Shown in pieces: positions 33,544-48,000 of a stretch of 64,000 bases of DNA. The position numbers and the translations under genes are program-made. The notes under the pieces are model-generated. The model was not told where the DNA came from and searched no databases. It worked only from the letters and a program-made list of their open reading frames with translations. This stretch comes from Azolla caroliniana. Taxonomy: Eukaryota; Plantae; Polypodiophyta. Every line of letters starts with the position of its first letter. The stretch's first letter is position 1. The stretch lies in NCBI GenBank assembly GCA_043228905.1, contig JBHGNT010000009.1, positions 8,308,001 through 8,372,000 on the forward strand. Reading direction: 5' to 3'.

Positions 33544-36500
33544 TGTCATGAGATGGCAAGACTCGAACCCATGACCTTATGGTATATGGGTCGAGCTCTT
33601 AACCATCACATCATCTATTGTAATTTATAGGATATTATTTTCATTTATGTTTTATTATAAGAAAGTAATGTATATTCCAGATTTCTCTGGAACATTCTAG
33701 AAGTTTCAGGATTACTCCTAACAACACTATAAAAGAAGGCACTAGGCATTATGTTGAACCAAATTGGTTCAACACCAATCTTAAGCCTCTTAGCCGATTT
33801 GTACTTATCTTTCATATAATATAAGTGTTGTTGTCATCATCCTCTCTCTCTCTCTCCTCTTCTCACTTCCTCTCTTTCGGGAATCTTACGCAGTCCCGTC
33901 CTCTTAGTACTAATAGTACTGTTCTTCTTAGTACTAATTCCATCTCTGCTTTAGTACTATTCCTGACAGTTTGAACCAATTTACCCTTTCCTCCAGCCTA
34001 CTTGTCGTTCTCCCTCATCCTCCTACCCTTTTCCCTATACTATGGCTACTGTTAGCGCCCAAGAATATCAATCCGTTTTCTCCAAGTTACAGTGCCTAAA
34101 AGAAAAGTTTGTTGCCCTGGAACAAGAAAACCAACGGTTGATAGGGGATCTGCAACAAATCGCTCTCAAAAAACAACAAACACAACAACAACATGGGGAG
34201 TTAGCATTACGGGTACAACAACTCGAAGCAACATTGCAACAACAAGGATCAAGTCCCCAAGGATTTCATAAAGAGCCCAAGATTGGACTTCCTGTGAAAT
34301 TTGATGGAACGTGATCGCAATTCCGGGGATTCCTTAATCAGGTACGCTTAGTCATCCAGATGCATCCTTCCCGATATCCCACTGATGCATCTCGAGTCGG
34401 CCTAATAGGCACGTTACTTAGCGGCTCAGCCTTGGCATGGTTCGCTCCGCTTCTAGAAAAACAATCCCCCTTGCTTAATAACTTTGAAGATTTTATTGGT
34501 GAGTTTAAAGCCTGCTTTGGAGATACCGACAGCATCAGGACGGCGATCAACAAGATCCGAAGATTGCGTCAAGGCGATCGTCCAGCCTCTGCCTACGCGG
34601 CGGATTTCCGTCTACTCGCCTCAGATATTCCTTGGGATGATCAGGCCCTCATGGAGCAGTTTCGCTACGGCTTGCGCAATGATGTCAAAGATCTGCTTTT
34701 AACCTTCCCCGAAGAACCAAAGTCTCTTACGGAGGCAATCAGTCGAGCGGTCCGATGCGACAACCGCCTTTTCGAACGGCGTTCGGAGCGTCAGTTACAA
34801 ATACCACGCTCTCGGCCGGAACCCACATACGCCTCAATCACGGCTAAACCGTTTGCACGCGATGTACCTCAAGCCAATATTCCGACACCGATGGAGATCG
34901 ACACCATGCGTTGACGCGGCCCGTTATCGGAAGAAGAAAAGCAACGACGACGTGCCAATCGATTATGCCTTTATTGCGGTGGACCAGGGCATATCGCCAT
35001 CAATTGTCCCCATAGGCCAAGAAGACAAGTAAATCAAATCGTCGCCTGTACTAAACCCGAGTCAATTCTTCCCTTCGGAGTGTCTGATAGTATTAATAGT
35101 ACTAATAGAGTGTTAGATAGTATTCATAGTACTAATAGCCCAAGTATCTCAAACAAATTTGAAATCCTTAGTCAATTAGATGAAGATTTAAACGATTGAG
35201 TCCAACCAAAATAGGAGTCGTTTGGTTGGACAGCAGCCCTAGATCTGTACAGCCCATTAGTGGTTCCATTCCTTCCAAGCAAGTTAGCAATGTGTTCCTA
35301 GCCCAAGTCATTGTTAGCACTAAAAGTACTCCCCCAGTACCCGTCCTAGCACTCTTAGATTCTGGAGCTAATTCCTGTTTCATGGATCGAAATTTTGCCC
35401 AAGCTTCTCAGATATCCCTAAGAAAACTTCCTTGTCCCGCATCTGTAGTAGTCATTGATGGTCGTCCCATTGCTTCCGGGAATATTGTAGAAGAATCAGA
35501 ACCCAGTCAAGTTGTCCTAGGTAGTTTTGTGTGTGTAATATCATTTAATATAATTAGTAGTCCAGAGCATCCCATTGTCCTAGGATTACCTTGGTTTGAA
35601 TTACATAATCCAGCCATAGATTGGAGAACAAGAGAAGTCCGCTATCGACCACCCCAAGAATCAACTCACCGAGTTTCGACCATTTCACTCCATCAATTAC
35701 GCGAAGAAGGACACAAGGAGGCAATGTTCCTATTTGCAATATCAGTACATCCTTCCAGCACTATTAAGAAGGACTCCTCAGTACAACTTCCGGCAAAATA
35801 TCATCCTTATACCGATGTATTTGACAAGGTAAAAGCCGGTACCCTTCCTCATCACCGTCCCTATGACTGTCCCATCGATTTACAACCAGGAACCGAGCCA
35901 CCATGGGGACCAATTTACAACTTGTCACCCACCGAGTTAGAAGTCCTTCGAGCCTACATAGAGGAGAACTTGGCAAGCGGGTTCATCTGTCATTCGAAAT
36001 CTCCGGCTGGTGCACCCATCTTCTTTGTCAAGAAGAAAGATGGCTCACTTCGTCTCGTCGTTGATTACCGCGGATTGAATAAGGTCACCATCCGGAATAT
36101 AGGTATGCACTTCCTCTTATATCAAGTCTTTTGGAGCGAGTTAATGGTGCCAAGTTTTTTACCAAAATCGATCTACGAGGAGCGTATAACCTCGTGCGGA
36201 TCCGACCGGGAGATGAATGGAAGACCGCCTTTCGCACGCGGTATGGGCATTTCGAGTATACTGTTATGCCGTTCGGCCTAACCAATGCACCCGCAGTCTT
36301 CCAACACATGGAAAATGATATATTCAGAGACCTCTTGGATATCTGTTTGATCATCTATCTTGATGATCTATTGATTTATTCGAAGACCCAGCAAGAGCAC
36401 GATTCTCATGTACTATTAGTACTAAAGCGACTCCGCGAGAATGGTCTTTATGCCAAGCTAGAAAAATGTAGCTTTGACTGCAAGCAAGTGGAATTTCTAG

Positions 36501-39230
36501 GCTACGTCATCTCTTCAAAGGGCATCGCCATGGATCCAGCTAAAGTCCAAACTGTACTAGAGTGGCAAATTCCACGGTCGGTACGAGATGTACAATGTTT
36601 TCTAGGTTTTGCTAACTTCTACCGTGAGTTTATACAGGATTACTCGAAGATTATCTTACCCCTCACACAACTCACGAAGAAGGGCCAAGCATTTCTTTGG
36701 TCCATTGAAGCAGATATGGCTTTTCGGCATCTTAAGAAAGCCTTTACATCAGCACCGATTCTAGCTCATGTGGATACTAGCAAACCATTCATCATGGAGG
36801 CCAATGCTTCAGATTTCGCCCTCGATAGCATCCTTTCTCAACAAGGAGATAAAGAAGAGTTGCATCCGGTGGCTTTCCATTCGCGCAAATTCGATGTTGC
36901 GGAAATCAACTACGAAATACATGACAAGGAGTTATTAGCCATCGTGGATTCATTTGTGCAATGGCGGAATTTCTTAGAGGGCTCTCCACATCAGGTCATT
37001 GTCTTTAGTGATCATAAAAATCTTGCTTATTTCCAGAACGCTCGCGTACTAAATCGACGGCAAGCTCGGTGGGCGCAATTCGTCACGCGTTTTGACTTCA
37101 AAATCACATATCGACCGGGGAAGCAGCAAGGAAAAGCAGATGCACTATCACGGCGTTCATATCTTGCACCTCGTCCTGGTGATCCAACATTTGATAATCA
37201 AAAGCAAGTAATCTTGGAACCAACACGATTGCACACGACGCGGATTTTTCACACCCCGATGGATTCACGGATTACCGACGACATACGTGCAAACTTGAAG
37301 ACAGATAGTTTTGCTCAAAACATCTTGGCGCACATTGATACTTCTCGGGCATCCTGTTCTCAGTCTCAACAACCAGGTATTGACTACCGACAATTCGAAT
37401 ATCATGATGGTTTGTTATTCTTTAAAAAGTGCGTATATGTCCCCGATTGCTCCTGTCGCCTTCAAATCGTCCAGCATTGTCACGACACCCATACGGCGGG
37501 ACATTTCGGTAGTACTAAGACGTTGGAGCTAGTGCAACGATCTTTTTGGTGGCCCCACATGCGCCGTTTTGTCGACGACTACGTTCGGACCTGTGATGCT
37601 TGCTGCCAAGCAAAGATGCCACGACACCATCCATATGGCTTGTTGGAACCCTTACTGATTCCAAGTAAGCCGTGGCAATCTATTTGTCTTGATTTTATCA
37701 CAGATCTGCCGGTCTCGCAGGGGTTCGATGCTATCTTAACCGTCGTCGATCGATATACGAAGATGGCACATTTTGTTCCATGTACTAAGGCCATCACTAG
37801 CAAGGAAACCGCCGCCCTAGTCATGCGTGAGGTATTTCGGCATCATGGCCTCCCAGACAGTATCATTAGTGACCGAGGACCGCAATTTGTCTCCAAATTT
37901 TGGCAGCATCTCTTCAAGATGCTCAAGGTCTCTTGCAACCTCTCCTCCGGCTACCATCCTCAGACCGATGGGCAGGCAGAACGAACAAACCAAACGTTGG
38001 AGCAATATCTCCGGTGTTTCCTGAGTTATCAACAAGACGATTGGGCCGAGATTCTCCACTTTGCAGAGTTTGCGTATAATAATGTTGTTCACTCCTCGAC
38101 TCGAGTCTCCCCATTCTACGCTTATACCGGTTCTCATCCTCGTTGGTCGGTGATCGAAACCCCGGAGCTACCTACCAATCCTCGTGCCGGGGATCATTTG
38201 GAGAGACTACGCAAGATCCAGACAGATCTCTCGACTCATCTTCGTCATGCTCAACAGACACAGAAGACTTACGCGGATCGTCATCGGCTTCCCTCCTCTT
38301 TTGCCATCGGAGATCGAGTATGGCTCTTACGTCGTCACATCAAGACTACTCGACCGTGCGACAAGTTGGATTATCGACGACTCGGTCCTTTCCTTATTAC
38401 GGGTAAAGTTAATGATGTCACATTCCGCCTTGATCTCCCTCTGCAGCTTCAAATACATCCGGTTTTCCATTGTTCTCTTCTTGAACCTTATAAAGCAAAC
38501 ACCATTCCCGATCGTGTTACACCACCGCCGCCCCCGCTGGAGTTGGACGCCGGCCCGGAGTATGAAGTTGTTGCCATCCTCGATTCCAAACTTATTCGCA
38601 ACAAACTTTATTATTTGGTCGATTGGGTTGGTTATAGTCCGAGCGAACGCACTTGGGAACCTGTCGAGCATGTTGCCAATGCTCAGGATCTGCTTGCTGA
38701 TTTCCACCGAAAGTATCCGGACAAACCCGGTCTGCAATCAGCGCCGACTCGTTCCACTCGTCGTCTTTAAAGGGGAGATAGTGTCATGAGATGGCAAGAC
38801 TCGAACCCATGACCTTATGGTATATGGGTCGAGCTCTTAACTATCACACCATCTATTGTAATTCATAGGATATTATTTTCATTTATGTTTTATTATAAGA
38901 AAGTAATGTATATTCCAGATTTCTCTGGAACATTCTAGAAGTTTCAGGATTACTCCTGACAACACTATAAAAGAAGGCACTAGGAATTATGTTGAACCAA
39001 ATTGGTTCAACACCAATCTTAAGCCTCTTAGCCGATTTGTACTTATCTTTCATATAATATAAGAGCTGTTGTCATCATCCTCTCTCTCTCTCTCATCTTC
39101 TCACTTCCTCTCTCTCGAGAATCTTACACAGACCCGTCCTCTTAGTACTAATAGTACTATTCTTCTTAGTACTAATAGTACTATTCTTCTTAGTACTAAT
39201 TCCATCTCTGCTTTAGTACTATTCCTGACA
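33544..39230 (+). mobile_element. Chromoviral Gypsy element E (relative of B, mildly decayed), nested in the RT of D
   Basis: LTRs 33544..33968 and 38782..39230. Gag from 34042 has two CGA>TGA stops (34312, 34912). Pol 35187..38770 has a frameshift near 36097 and a chromodomain. Confidence 0.95.
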
Positions 39231-39532
39231 TCTAATGTATGCTATGGTCTGTACGAGACCGGACATAGTATTTGTTGTGGGAACAGTAAGCCGATATATG
39301 AGTAATCCAGGGAGAGAACATTGGGCAACGGTGAAATGGATACTCAGGTACTTAAAGGGCACCTCAGGTGTGTGTCTAAGGTATGGTGTCGGAAAACCTG
39401 TGTTGGAAGGTTTTACCGATTCAGACATATCTGGAGATACCGACTCAAGCCGATCCACGTCAAGGTACGTGATGACCTATGTAGGGGGAGTAGTGTCGTG
39501 GCAGTCACGACTGCAGAAATCTATAGCTTTGT

Positions 39533-42500
39533 TGAAAACGTATATGTTTGCGGAAGCGTTAAAATAGAAACACAGGAAACACAGAGTGAGAGAGAGAGAG
39601 AGTACGCGGGAGAGACAGACAGAGAGAGCAGAACGTTAATTCAAAATTATATGAAAATGTTCTCTGTACATGAAATGCGCTCACCAGCGCTATTTATACA
39701 AGTCCTCATGGGACTGACAGAAGTACCGTGTACTTCAATGTTCACACGAGCATTTGACACTTACTACAAAACTATAACTACCTAGTAGTCTAAACTTAAC
39801 ACTAGGCTGTCGGTTACCGATTGGATCCGGCTAACCGGCTCCCCAGCTCACCGGCTCTGTTGCTTGCCGGCTCGGTTGCTCACCGTCATACCGATCCGTC
39901 TTGCTTACCGGCTCAAGCTTTTCAGCCGATCCGGCTCCAGTTGAGCTTGCCGCTCAACACTCCCCCTCAAGCTCAACTCAAGGTCGAGTTGTAGTGTCAT
40001 TCTCTGTGGCGGCCGGTTCTTTCAACCGACTTCTCCTGGCGTCGCTCCGCCTTGCTCGCGCTCCTCGTCCGGCCTGGTCCCGTTTGCCATGACCCTTCTG
40101 GTTCTGCGCGCCTCGACCTTCTCGATTGGCATGTCTGCTCATCAGGCCCATCTCAGCTTCTTCACTGTTATGACTCCGGCACTTGCCGATCCGTCGGTTC
40201 CTCCGCGATGGCATCGACTTCCGCTACGTCCGTGTCTCCTTGGCCTTCAGTTGATCCGACTCATCCGGATTCGTCTGTTGATCCGAGTCGGCTGTCTCCG
40301 ACTCGTTCTAGCTCTTGTCCAAATCGTTATTCTCCAATTCATCTATCGGTTTCAGACCCTTCACCACATCGGACCACATCCGAGTCTTGGCCTTCTCCGT
40401 GCTTCCCTCGGCTTCTTCAGCTGGTTCACCGAAATCGAATTCTTCATTCGACTCCGCATCATGATCACTTCCGTCATGATGACCTTCGCATAGCATGCCC
40501 TTCTCTTCCTGAGTGCACACTTCTTCTTCCTTCCGGTTGGCTCAATCCTTCTTGACTCAGCCACCACAGCTGCTTGCTTTGACTTGTTTGGATGTGTCGA
40601 CTTCCTTCGTCGACTCGGCTTCTTTCTTCTTCTTGTCTCCCCTTCTTCCGGTTCTTCTCTTACCGACAGGTTCAACAATTTCTTTGCCTTTGCTCGTTTC
40701 GGTAGTGTCTTTGCCCTTGCTTCTCCCCCTCAAGTGCGGCACGTCGAGATGCTGAACACCAAGCATGTCGGTAAAGTGCTACAACTTGTCAGATCCGAGC
40801 GGCTTGGTGAAGATGTCAGCAACTTGCCGATCCGTGTGAACATACTGGAGTTCAACTTCACCGCTCAGGACCCGCTCACGCACAAAATGATAATGCACTT
40901 CTATGTGCTTCGTTCGAGCATGGAACACAGGGTTCTTGGCGAGCTGCATGTTGCTAATGTTATCACAATAAATCGGGATCGGGGTCGGCACCTCGATCCG
41001 CAAGTCTCACAGCAGTCGCCGAAGCCAAATGGCTTCGCAAGTAGCCACGGTCGCGCCCCGGTACTCAGCCTCGGTGCTAGACAGAGCCACTGTTGGCTGC
41101 TTTTTGCTGCTCCATGTAACAGCCACACTCCCAAGAGAAAACATAAATCCAGAAGTCGATTCGCGATCTGATGCATCACCGGCCTAGTTGGCATCCGTGT
41201 AGCGGACCAGCTCTTCAGTTATACTTCACTGGTATAACAGTCCCCGGTCCTTCGTGCCGCTTACATATCGCAATATTCGTTGCGCGCACTTAAGGTGCTC
41301 CACAGTCAGCTTCTGCATGAATTGGCTTATCACTCCGACCGGATAGCTGATGTCGGGTCGGGTGATGGTCAAGTATATAAAGCTTCCATTTCTCATTGCA
41401 TGCCGATCCGGAGTTGGGACGGAGCTTTTGGTTCCGGTCCAAGGGTGTGGAGACAGGTCGGCATTCTGTCATGCCGAACTTGTACAACATATTCAACGCG
41501 TAATGTCATTGTGAGAGCAATATGTTGTCGGGGGTGTGGATCACCTCGATCCTGAGGAAGTAATGAAGGTCCCCCAGGTCCTTCATCTCAAATGCATTCG
41601 ACAACTAGGACTTGACCCGGTCGATTTCTGAAAGGCCCGGTCCGGTGAGGACTAAATCATCAACATACAACAGTATACATACCGGACCGTCTGAGCCTTT
41701 CCGGATGAACAATGAAGGGTCCGACTTGGAGGCCACAAACCCCATCTTACGCAATTGGTGCGTGATCTTCGCATTCCAAGCTCGAGGGGCTTGCTTCAGG
41801 CCGTACAACGACTTCTTCAGCCGACATACCGCCGACTTGTTCATCTCTGATTGAAAGCCCGGAGGCTGAGTCATAAAGACTTCTTCTTCAAGATCATTGT
41901 ACCCGTACCGCTTGACGGGATCCTTCTGGCGGGTGGACCGGCGTAATTCACTGTTGCCCGTATTGAGGCCCTCCTTGGCCGGTCCGGACCTCTTTGCCGA
42001 AGATACGCCTTTCTCCTTGCCGGAGTCGGATGCACATCGATCCGACTCATCTTTGCCGGTTTCGAATTCCGGCATCTTCTTTTTCCCTTTCTCTTTGCGC
42101 GTGAACCGTCTCCTCGGTTCCTTGCGTGGGGAGAGCATGGCAGAGAGTCTCCACTACTCGTCGGTTCCTCATCGAACTGGTCAGATTGACTCAGTCTCTC
42201 GTTCGGTTTGCTCAACCGAAACGATTCCGGACTCTCATCTTGAGTCCACGCTTCATCATCCTCTACTTGGGCCGGTTCAGGCTCACTAGCCTCATCCACC
42301 GGCATTGGGTCAGATTCGGAAGTCGGAGTCGGTAAGGAATACCACGATGCCGATTCATCAACCTCGACATCTCGACTAACTCGGACCTGCTTTGTCCAAG
42401 GGTTATAACACTTATAACCCTTTTGCTCTAGAGCATAGCCAACTAGGACGCATTTTTCCGATTTTGCATCCAACTTCCTCCGCTTCTCATCTAGTACATG

Positions 42501-45080
42501 CACATATGCAATGCTACCGAAGATCTTAAGGTGTCTTAGATTCGGCTTGCACCCGAAATACAGCTCATGAGCTGACACCTTATCACCGATCCGGTTCTGG
42601 ATGTAGACGGTTGTCCAGACCGCCTCCGCCCAGTAGAATTTGGGCATGCTCTTCTCCTCCAGCATTGCCCTTGCCGCATCAATAAGCGACCGGTTCTTCC
42701 TTTCGGCAACACCATTCTGTTTGCGGTGTGTATCTGCAGCTGTACTCGTGTCGAATTCCTTTTTGCTGCAAATAGCTGTTGAATTGGCCGGAAAAATATT
42801 CTTTTCCGCCATCCGACCGCAGGCATTTGATCTTCCTCTCCGATTCAAGTTCCACCATCTTCTGGAGGCTCCGGAAACATTTGAAGACTTCACTCTTCCG
42901 CTCAATGAGGTAGATCCATGTGTGTCGTGTATAGTCGTCGATGAAGGAGACAAAATATCGACTCCTGCCAAGACTAAAATTCTGTGCCGGTCCCCACACA
43001 TCCGAATGGATAAGGTCGAGCTTGTTACGGCTCCAGTTTCGTTCGGTGGGGAATGGAAGCCGGTGTTGCTTCCCGAGTTGGCAGGCTTCACATACTTGGG
43101 CTCTCCGGCCGCTAAACTTCGGCAAACTGAAAACAACTTGTTTCGTTTGCAGGTCATGAAGCCTCTGGTAATTGACGTCGCCTATCCGCTTGTGCCACAA
43201 GTCGATGTCCGACTCGACCTTCTGTCCTTTTGCGAATAGAGCGGTGCCGATGTCATTGGTGTCGAGGATAAACATCCTCCCGTCTCTGCGCCCTTGCGCA
43301 ATAACTTTGCCCTCATCCTCAATGAAGCACCCATAGTGCGTAAATCGCACCTGCATCCCTTGGTCGATGATCTGTTCGACCGACACCAGGTTCTTCGTGA
43401 TTGTCGGAACGTGTAATACGTTCATCAGCTTCCCCTTCTGTCCGACGTGCCTCAAGGGAACTTCTCCGACGTGCACGATTGGGTGAGGAGTGTCATCTCC
43501 GGTTTCAACTACTCCTGGTTGATCCGGTTTCTCCAAGAAGGAGAACCACTCTTTGTGGCTCGTCATGTGGTTCGACGCACTAGAATCAACATACCACACT
43601 TCTTCCGATTCGGAAGTGGTCTTCTTCATCAAGTTTGCCTCGTGCTTCATCACCAAGGTTGGTCCCTTACTGTTCTTGGATCCTCCCGATCCATTTGCAT
43701 AGTGCAAGCTTTGTCGGGCATCCTTGCCAACCTTGCCAGATCCGGATTTGTCTGAGTCGGCGCACTTTCTCCAACACTCGCTTTCTCTGTGGCCCTTTTT
43801 GCCACAGTACCAGCATTCTGGTGCGGATTTGTCTTGCTGGCCTCCGGCACCGCCTTGACTCCCCCTGCTTGTGGAATTTCCGGAACTGCTATCGGCACAA
43901 TCTCTGTGCTGTCGTTCTTGCACTTGTCGGCCGCCTCCATTGCGTGCCGATCCACCTCCGTGTACAACATCCGGCTGTCAGTGGGTGCGCTAGTTGACAC
44001 ACCAGCGTGGTTCTCCTCTACAAGGAGCATCGACTATAAGTCAAAAAATGACGGCGTATTCTCCCGTGTACACACTGCCGTTCGGAACGCTCTGAATTTA
44101 GACGCCAGGCCCCCAAGACAGACATGTACCATCTCGTCTTCCTCTACGGTAACGTTGATAGAGGCAAGCGAGTCACAGATCTCTTTGATCCGGGTCGTGT
44201 AATCCGCCATCGACATGTCCTTCTGTCGGACATTGCTCAACCCCTATCGGAGTTGCAGCTTCCAGGCTGTAGTGCTCGCGGCGAAAACCTTCTTCAGGTT
44301 CCCCCACGCCTCCTTCAGCGTCTTGGCGTCTCGGATGTGGCTCAGCAGCTGGTCTCCGACACTGGACGCGAAGCAGTACATCACTCTGCTTGCCGATTGT
44401 TTCCCACACTGGGAAATCCTTATGTGCCGCATCAGGTGTTGTTTCGTTCGTTCGTTCCACGAAAATCCAATACCCATGCCCCAATAGGTACTGATGCATT
44501 TTGTATGACCAGGACGCGTAATTACTCCGGTCGAGTTTCTCTGTGGGAAGTGAACTTGCCATACCTCTGTCCATACCTGCTTCTGTGTCTATTCTTGCGA
44601 CCTGTTAGGGTTTGCTTTTCAAGGCGAATGTTTGCAATAGAGGTTCTCAACCCTTGCACTCTGATACCATGAAAACGTATATGTTTGCGGAAGCGTTAAA
44701 ATAGAAACACAGGAAACACAAAGAGAGAGAGAGAGAGAGTACGCGGGAGAGACAGACAAAGAGAGCAGAACGTTAATTCAAAATTATATGAAAATGTTCT
44801 TTGTACATGAAATGCGCTCACCAGCGCTATTTATACAAGTCCTCATGGGACTGACAGAAGTACCATGTACTTCAATGCTCACACGAGCATCTGACACTTA
44901 CTACGAGACTATAATTGCCTAGTAGTCTAAACTTAACACTAGGCTACCGGTTACCAATTGGATCTGGCTAATCGGCTCTGTTGCTTGCCGGCTCGGTTGC
45001 TCACCGTCATACCGATCCGTCTCGCTTACTGGCTCAAGCTTTTCAGCCGATCCGGCTCCAGTTGAGCTTGCCGCTCAACA
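39533..45080 (-). mobile_element. Ty1/Copia element F (H/I family), nested in the RNase H of D
   Basis: LTRs 39533..39959 and 44670..45080. TSD TTTGT. PBS 44669..44658. PPT 39960..39970. The 5' part of RT is deleted near 41895. Confidence 0.95.
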
Positions 45081-48000
45081 TTTGTCGACTACAGAGGTAG
45101 AGTATATGGCAGCGGTAGAGGCCAGAATAGAGCTTATCTGGATGAGAAATTTTCTCACCAAACTAGGCATGAAGCAAAAGGATTTCTTGCTTCATTGTGA
45201 TAGCCAAAGTGCCATACATCTAGCCAAGAACGCGACATATCACTCCTAGACCAAGCACATATAGAGAAGGTATCACTGGTTGCGGGAGAGGGTCGAAGAT
45301 GGAGAGTTTGCTTTTGTGAAGATCCATACTGACGACAATGGATCCGACATGCTGACGAAGAACCTACCTATGGACAGACTCAGAGTCTGTCGACAAAATA
45401 CAGGACTGACAGATTTCCTCCCACAGGAGTGAAGGGGAGTTTGTTGGGAATATGTCCCTCTAGTGGGAAGATGATCCGACTGTTCGGAAAGCTGATAGTC
45501 AAAGAGTCGGAAACCAGGAGCCGAGTTGATGAGGAACTCGGCCGAGGCCGAAACCTGAATTGGGTATATAGCCAACTCGGGTGACTATACTTGTAAATAG
45601 TCTAAGTGTGCACACCATGAGGGCTACGTATGTAAATAGCCGGAAAGTTGTGTAAGTATATATACAACTAGGGCAAACTTTAAGTAGTGTGCATGAGAGC
45701 GTGTTAGAGAGTGTGTGTGTGTGTGAGCCACGCCATAGCTGTGTGTGTAACAATAGACGCAAAGAGCCTTGTGCGGCTGATACACTCGACAAAGTGTTGT
45801 ATTCCTCTTAGTGTTGTATATCCACTTTGTATAGTGACGAAATATGTTCACCCGTGGTTTTCCCCATTTTAGGGTTTCCACGTAAATCTTTGTGCACCAT
45901 TGTTTTTCTTGTCTATTCTGTTATTCGGGTGTGATTTGTATTTCAGCGTTGTCTGTCTATTGTGATTTGAATTCCACGACGATTACTCAACACATCCTGC
46001 AAGAGACGTGCCCAATCCTCCACAGAAGGATTGATAGAGTTAGAGGGAAGCAAAATGTTGAAGTGGGGGTAGAGACCATAGTTTGCAAAAAATGGAGTAA
46101 CTCTTGTAGATGCGTGCAGATAGTTGTTGTAGGCGAACTCGGCAAATGGGAGGTCAGCCCAATTGTCTTGTTGGTAGCTAAGAGAGCACTGCAAGTATTG
46201 TTCCAAGATTTGGTTAACCCGCTCCGTTTGTCCATTGGTTTGCAGATGATAAGCGGAAGACAAATTCATAGTACAACCAAAGGTTTGCAGAATGCGCCGC
46301 TAGAAATTGGAAACAAATTGTGGTCCTCGATCGGAAGTGATATCATCCGAGAGTCCATGTCGTCGAACCGCATTTTTTAAAAACAAATCGGTTGTCTTCT
46401 CTCCGATAATGCTTTTGGCACATGGAGCAAAATGAGCCATCTTGGTGAAGCGATCGACCATGATGAATATCGAGTCATAGCCACCAACAAAGGGAAGTTC
46501 AGTGATGAAATCCATGGAAAGAGAGGCCCAAGGCTGTTTGGAGATTGGGAGAGGGTGAAGGAGACCATATTGTTGATGATAAGATGCTTTAGAGCGAGCA
46601 CAAATGTCAGATGACTTAACAAACTCTTTGACCAATTTCCATGGTTGTGGCCACCAGTACCCCCGGGATATCAACTCCAAGGTTTTCGCAATGCCAAAAT
46701 GACCAACAAGTGGATCATCGTGACACTCGTGGAGCATCCTAGTCCGACACGGACCTTCTAGGACATACAAAAGATTATCCTGAATTGTAAAACGAGCTAA
46801 ATCGGGCCTTTTGGGTTCATGGGAGGGGTTTGTGATACTTGCCTTGACATATGTGGCGAACTTGTAAGTCATAGTGGCTTCTGCTATTTGCTTGAGCAAA
46901 GAGTCATCCCGGAGCAAGATAGTCGCGAAGTTGAGAGTTGGTCAGGCTTTAACAAACTCTGGGACTGCTAGACATAGGCTTCATCCTCCGGAGTGAGCTC
47001 GAACTCTAACCAACGGGTAAGACATCAATCGTCGTGTGTTGAGCGTCGGGTCGAAAGATTATCTCAAAAACATAGTCTGCCAAGAAGGTTGACCATCACG
47101 CTTGTCTAAGATTTAAAGTTCGTGTGGTAGCAAAGTATATTAGATTTTTGTGATTGGTAATCACTTGGATATGGTGTTGCAACCTAGCTAAATAGGGTCT
47201 CCATTCTTCAAAAGTAGTAATAATAACGAGAAGCTCCTTGTCGTATCTGGGGTAGTTTATTTCTAGGGTCATGAATTTGCGGGAGTGGTAAGCCACCAGG
47301 TGAAGTACACCGAGCTCATCTGGCTAGGAGAGGATCGCCCCAATGGAGAAATCGGAAGCATCTGTTTCGACTTGGAAAGGCTTAATGGGTTCAGGATGTA
47401 AAAGGATTGGTGCCATAGTAAAGGCTTGTTTCAGCAAGTCGAACGCCTTTTGTGCAGTTGTTGTCCATTCAAAAGTAACATCCTTGCGGGTAAGAGCAAT
47501 GAGAGGTTGTGCAATCACTGAGAATCCTTTGATGAAGTGACGATAAAAATTGGCAAAACCAAGGAATGATTGCACATCTCGTACCCGAGTTCGGATAGCC
47601 CACTCTTGGATAGTCTTGACTTTCCATGTGTCCATTGTGATTGAGATGACATACCCAAGAAACTCTACAGAAGTACAATCAAATTCACATTTTTCACTTT
47701 TAGCATTGAGTCCATGCTTGCAAAGTTTGGTGAGGACTAACCTGACATATCGAGTATGCTCCTTGATGTTCGAAGAGAAGACCAAGATATCATCTAGATA
47801 GATCACAACAAAGTGATCTAGATATTCTCAGAAGATGTCATTCATCATATGTTGAAATACTGCCCATAGGTCAATCTTCAAGAAGATCCTCCCAGTTCGG
47901 AGTCGATCCAATAGTTCAGGGATGAGAGGCATTGGGTATCGGTTGCGAATAGTAATCTTGTTTAGACCCCAATAGTCGACGTAGAGGCGTAAGGAGCCAT

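Larger units (their letters stand above)
29488..45992 (+). mobile_element. Ty1/Copia element D (different family from H, I and F), nested in the integrase of C
   Basis: LTRs 29488..30019 and 45442..45992. PBS TGGTATTAGAGC at 30023..30034. PPT GAAGGGGAG. RT LLLYVDDML. TSD imperfect (CATGT/CATCC). Confidence 0.93.

Noticed and set aside
39135-39230. CRISPR-like repeat-spacer array (TAGTACTA units)
   Set aside because: The repeats are only 8 nt, the spacers are related low-complexity tracts, the context is a eukaryotic LTR and no cas genes are present.
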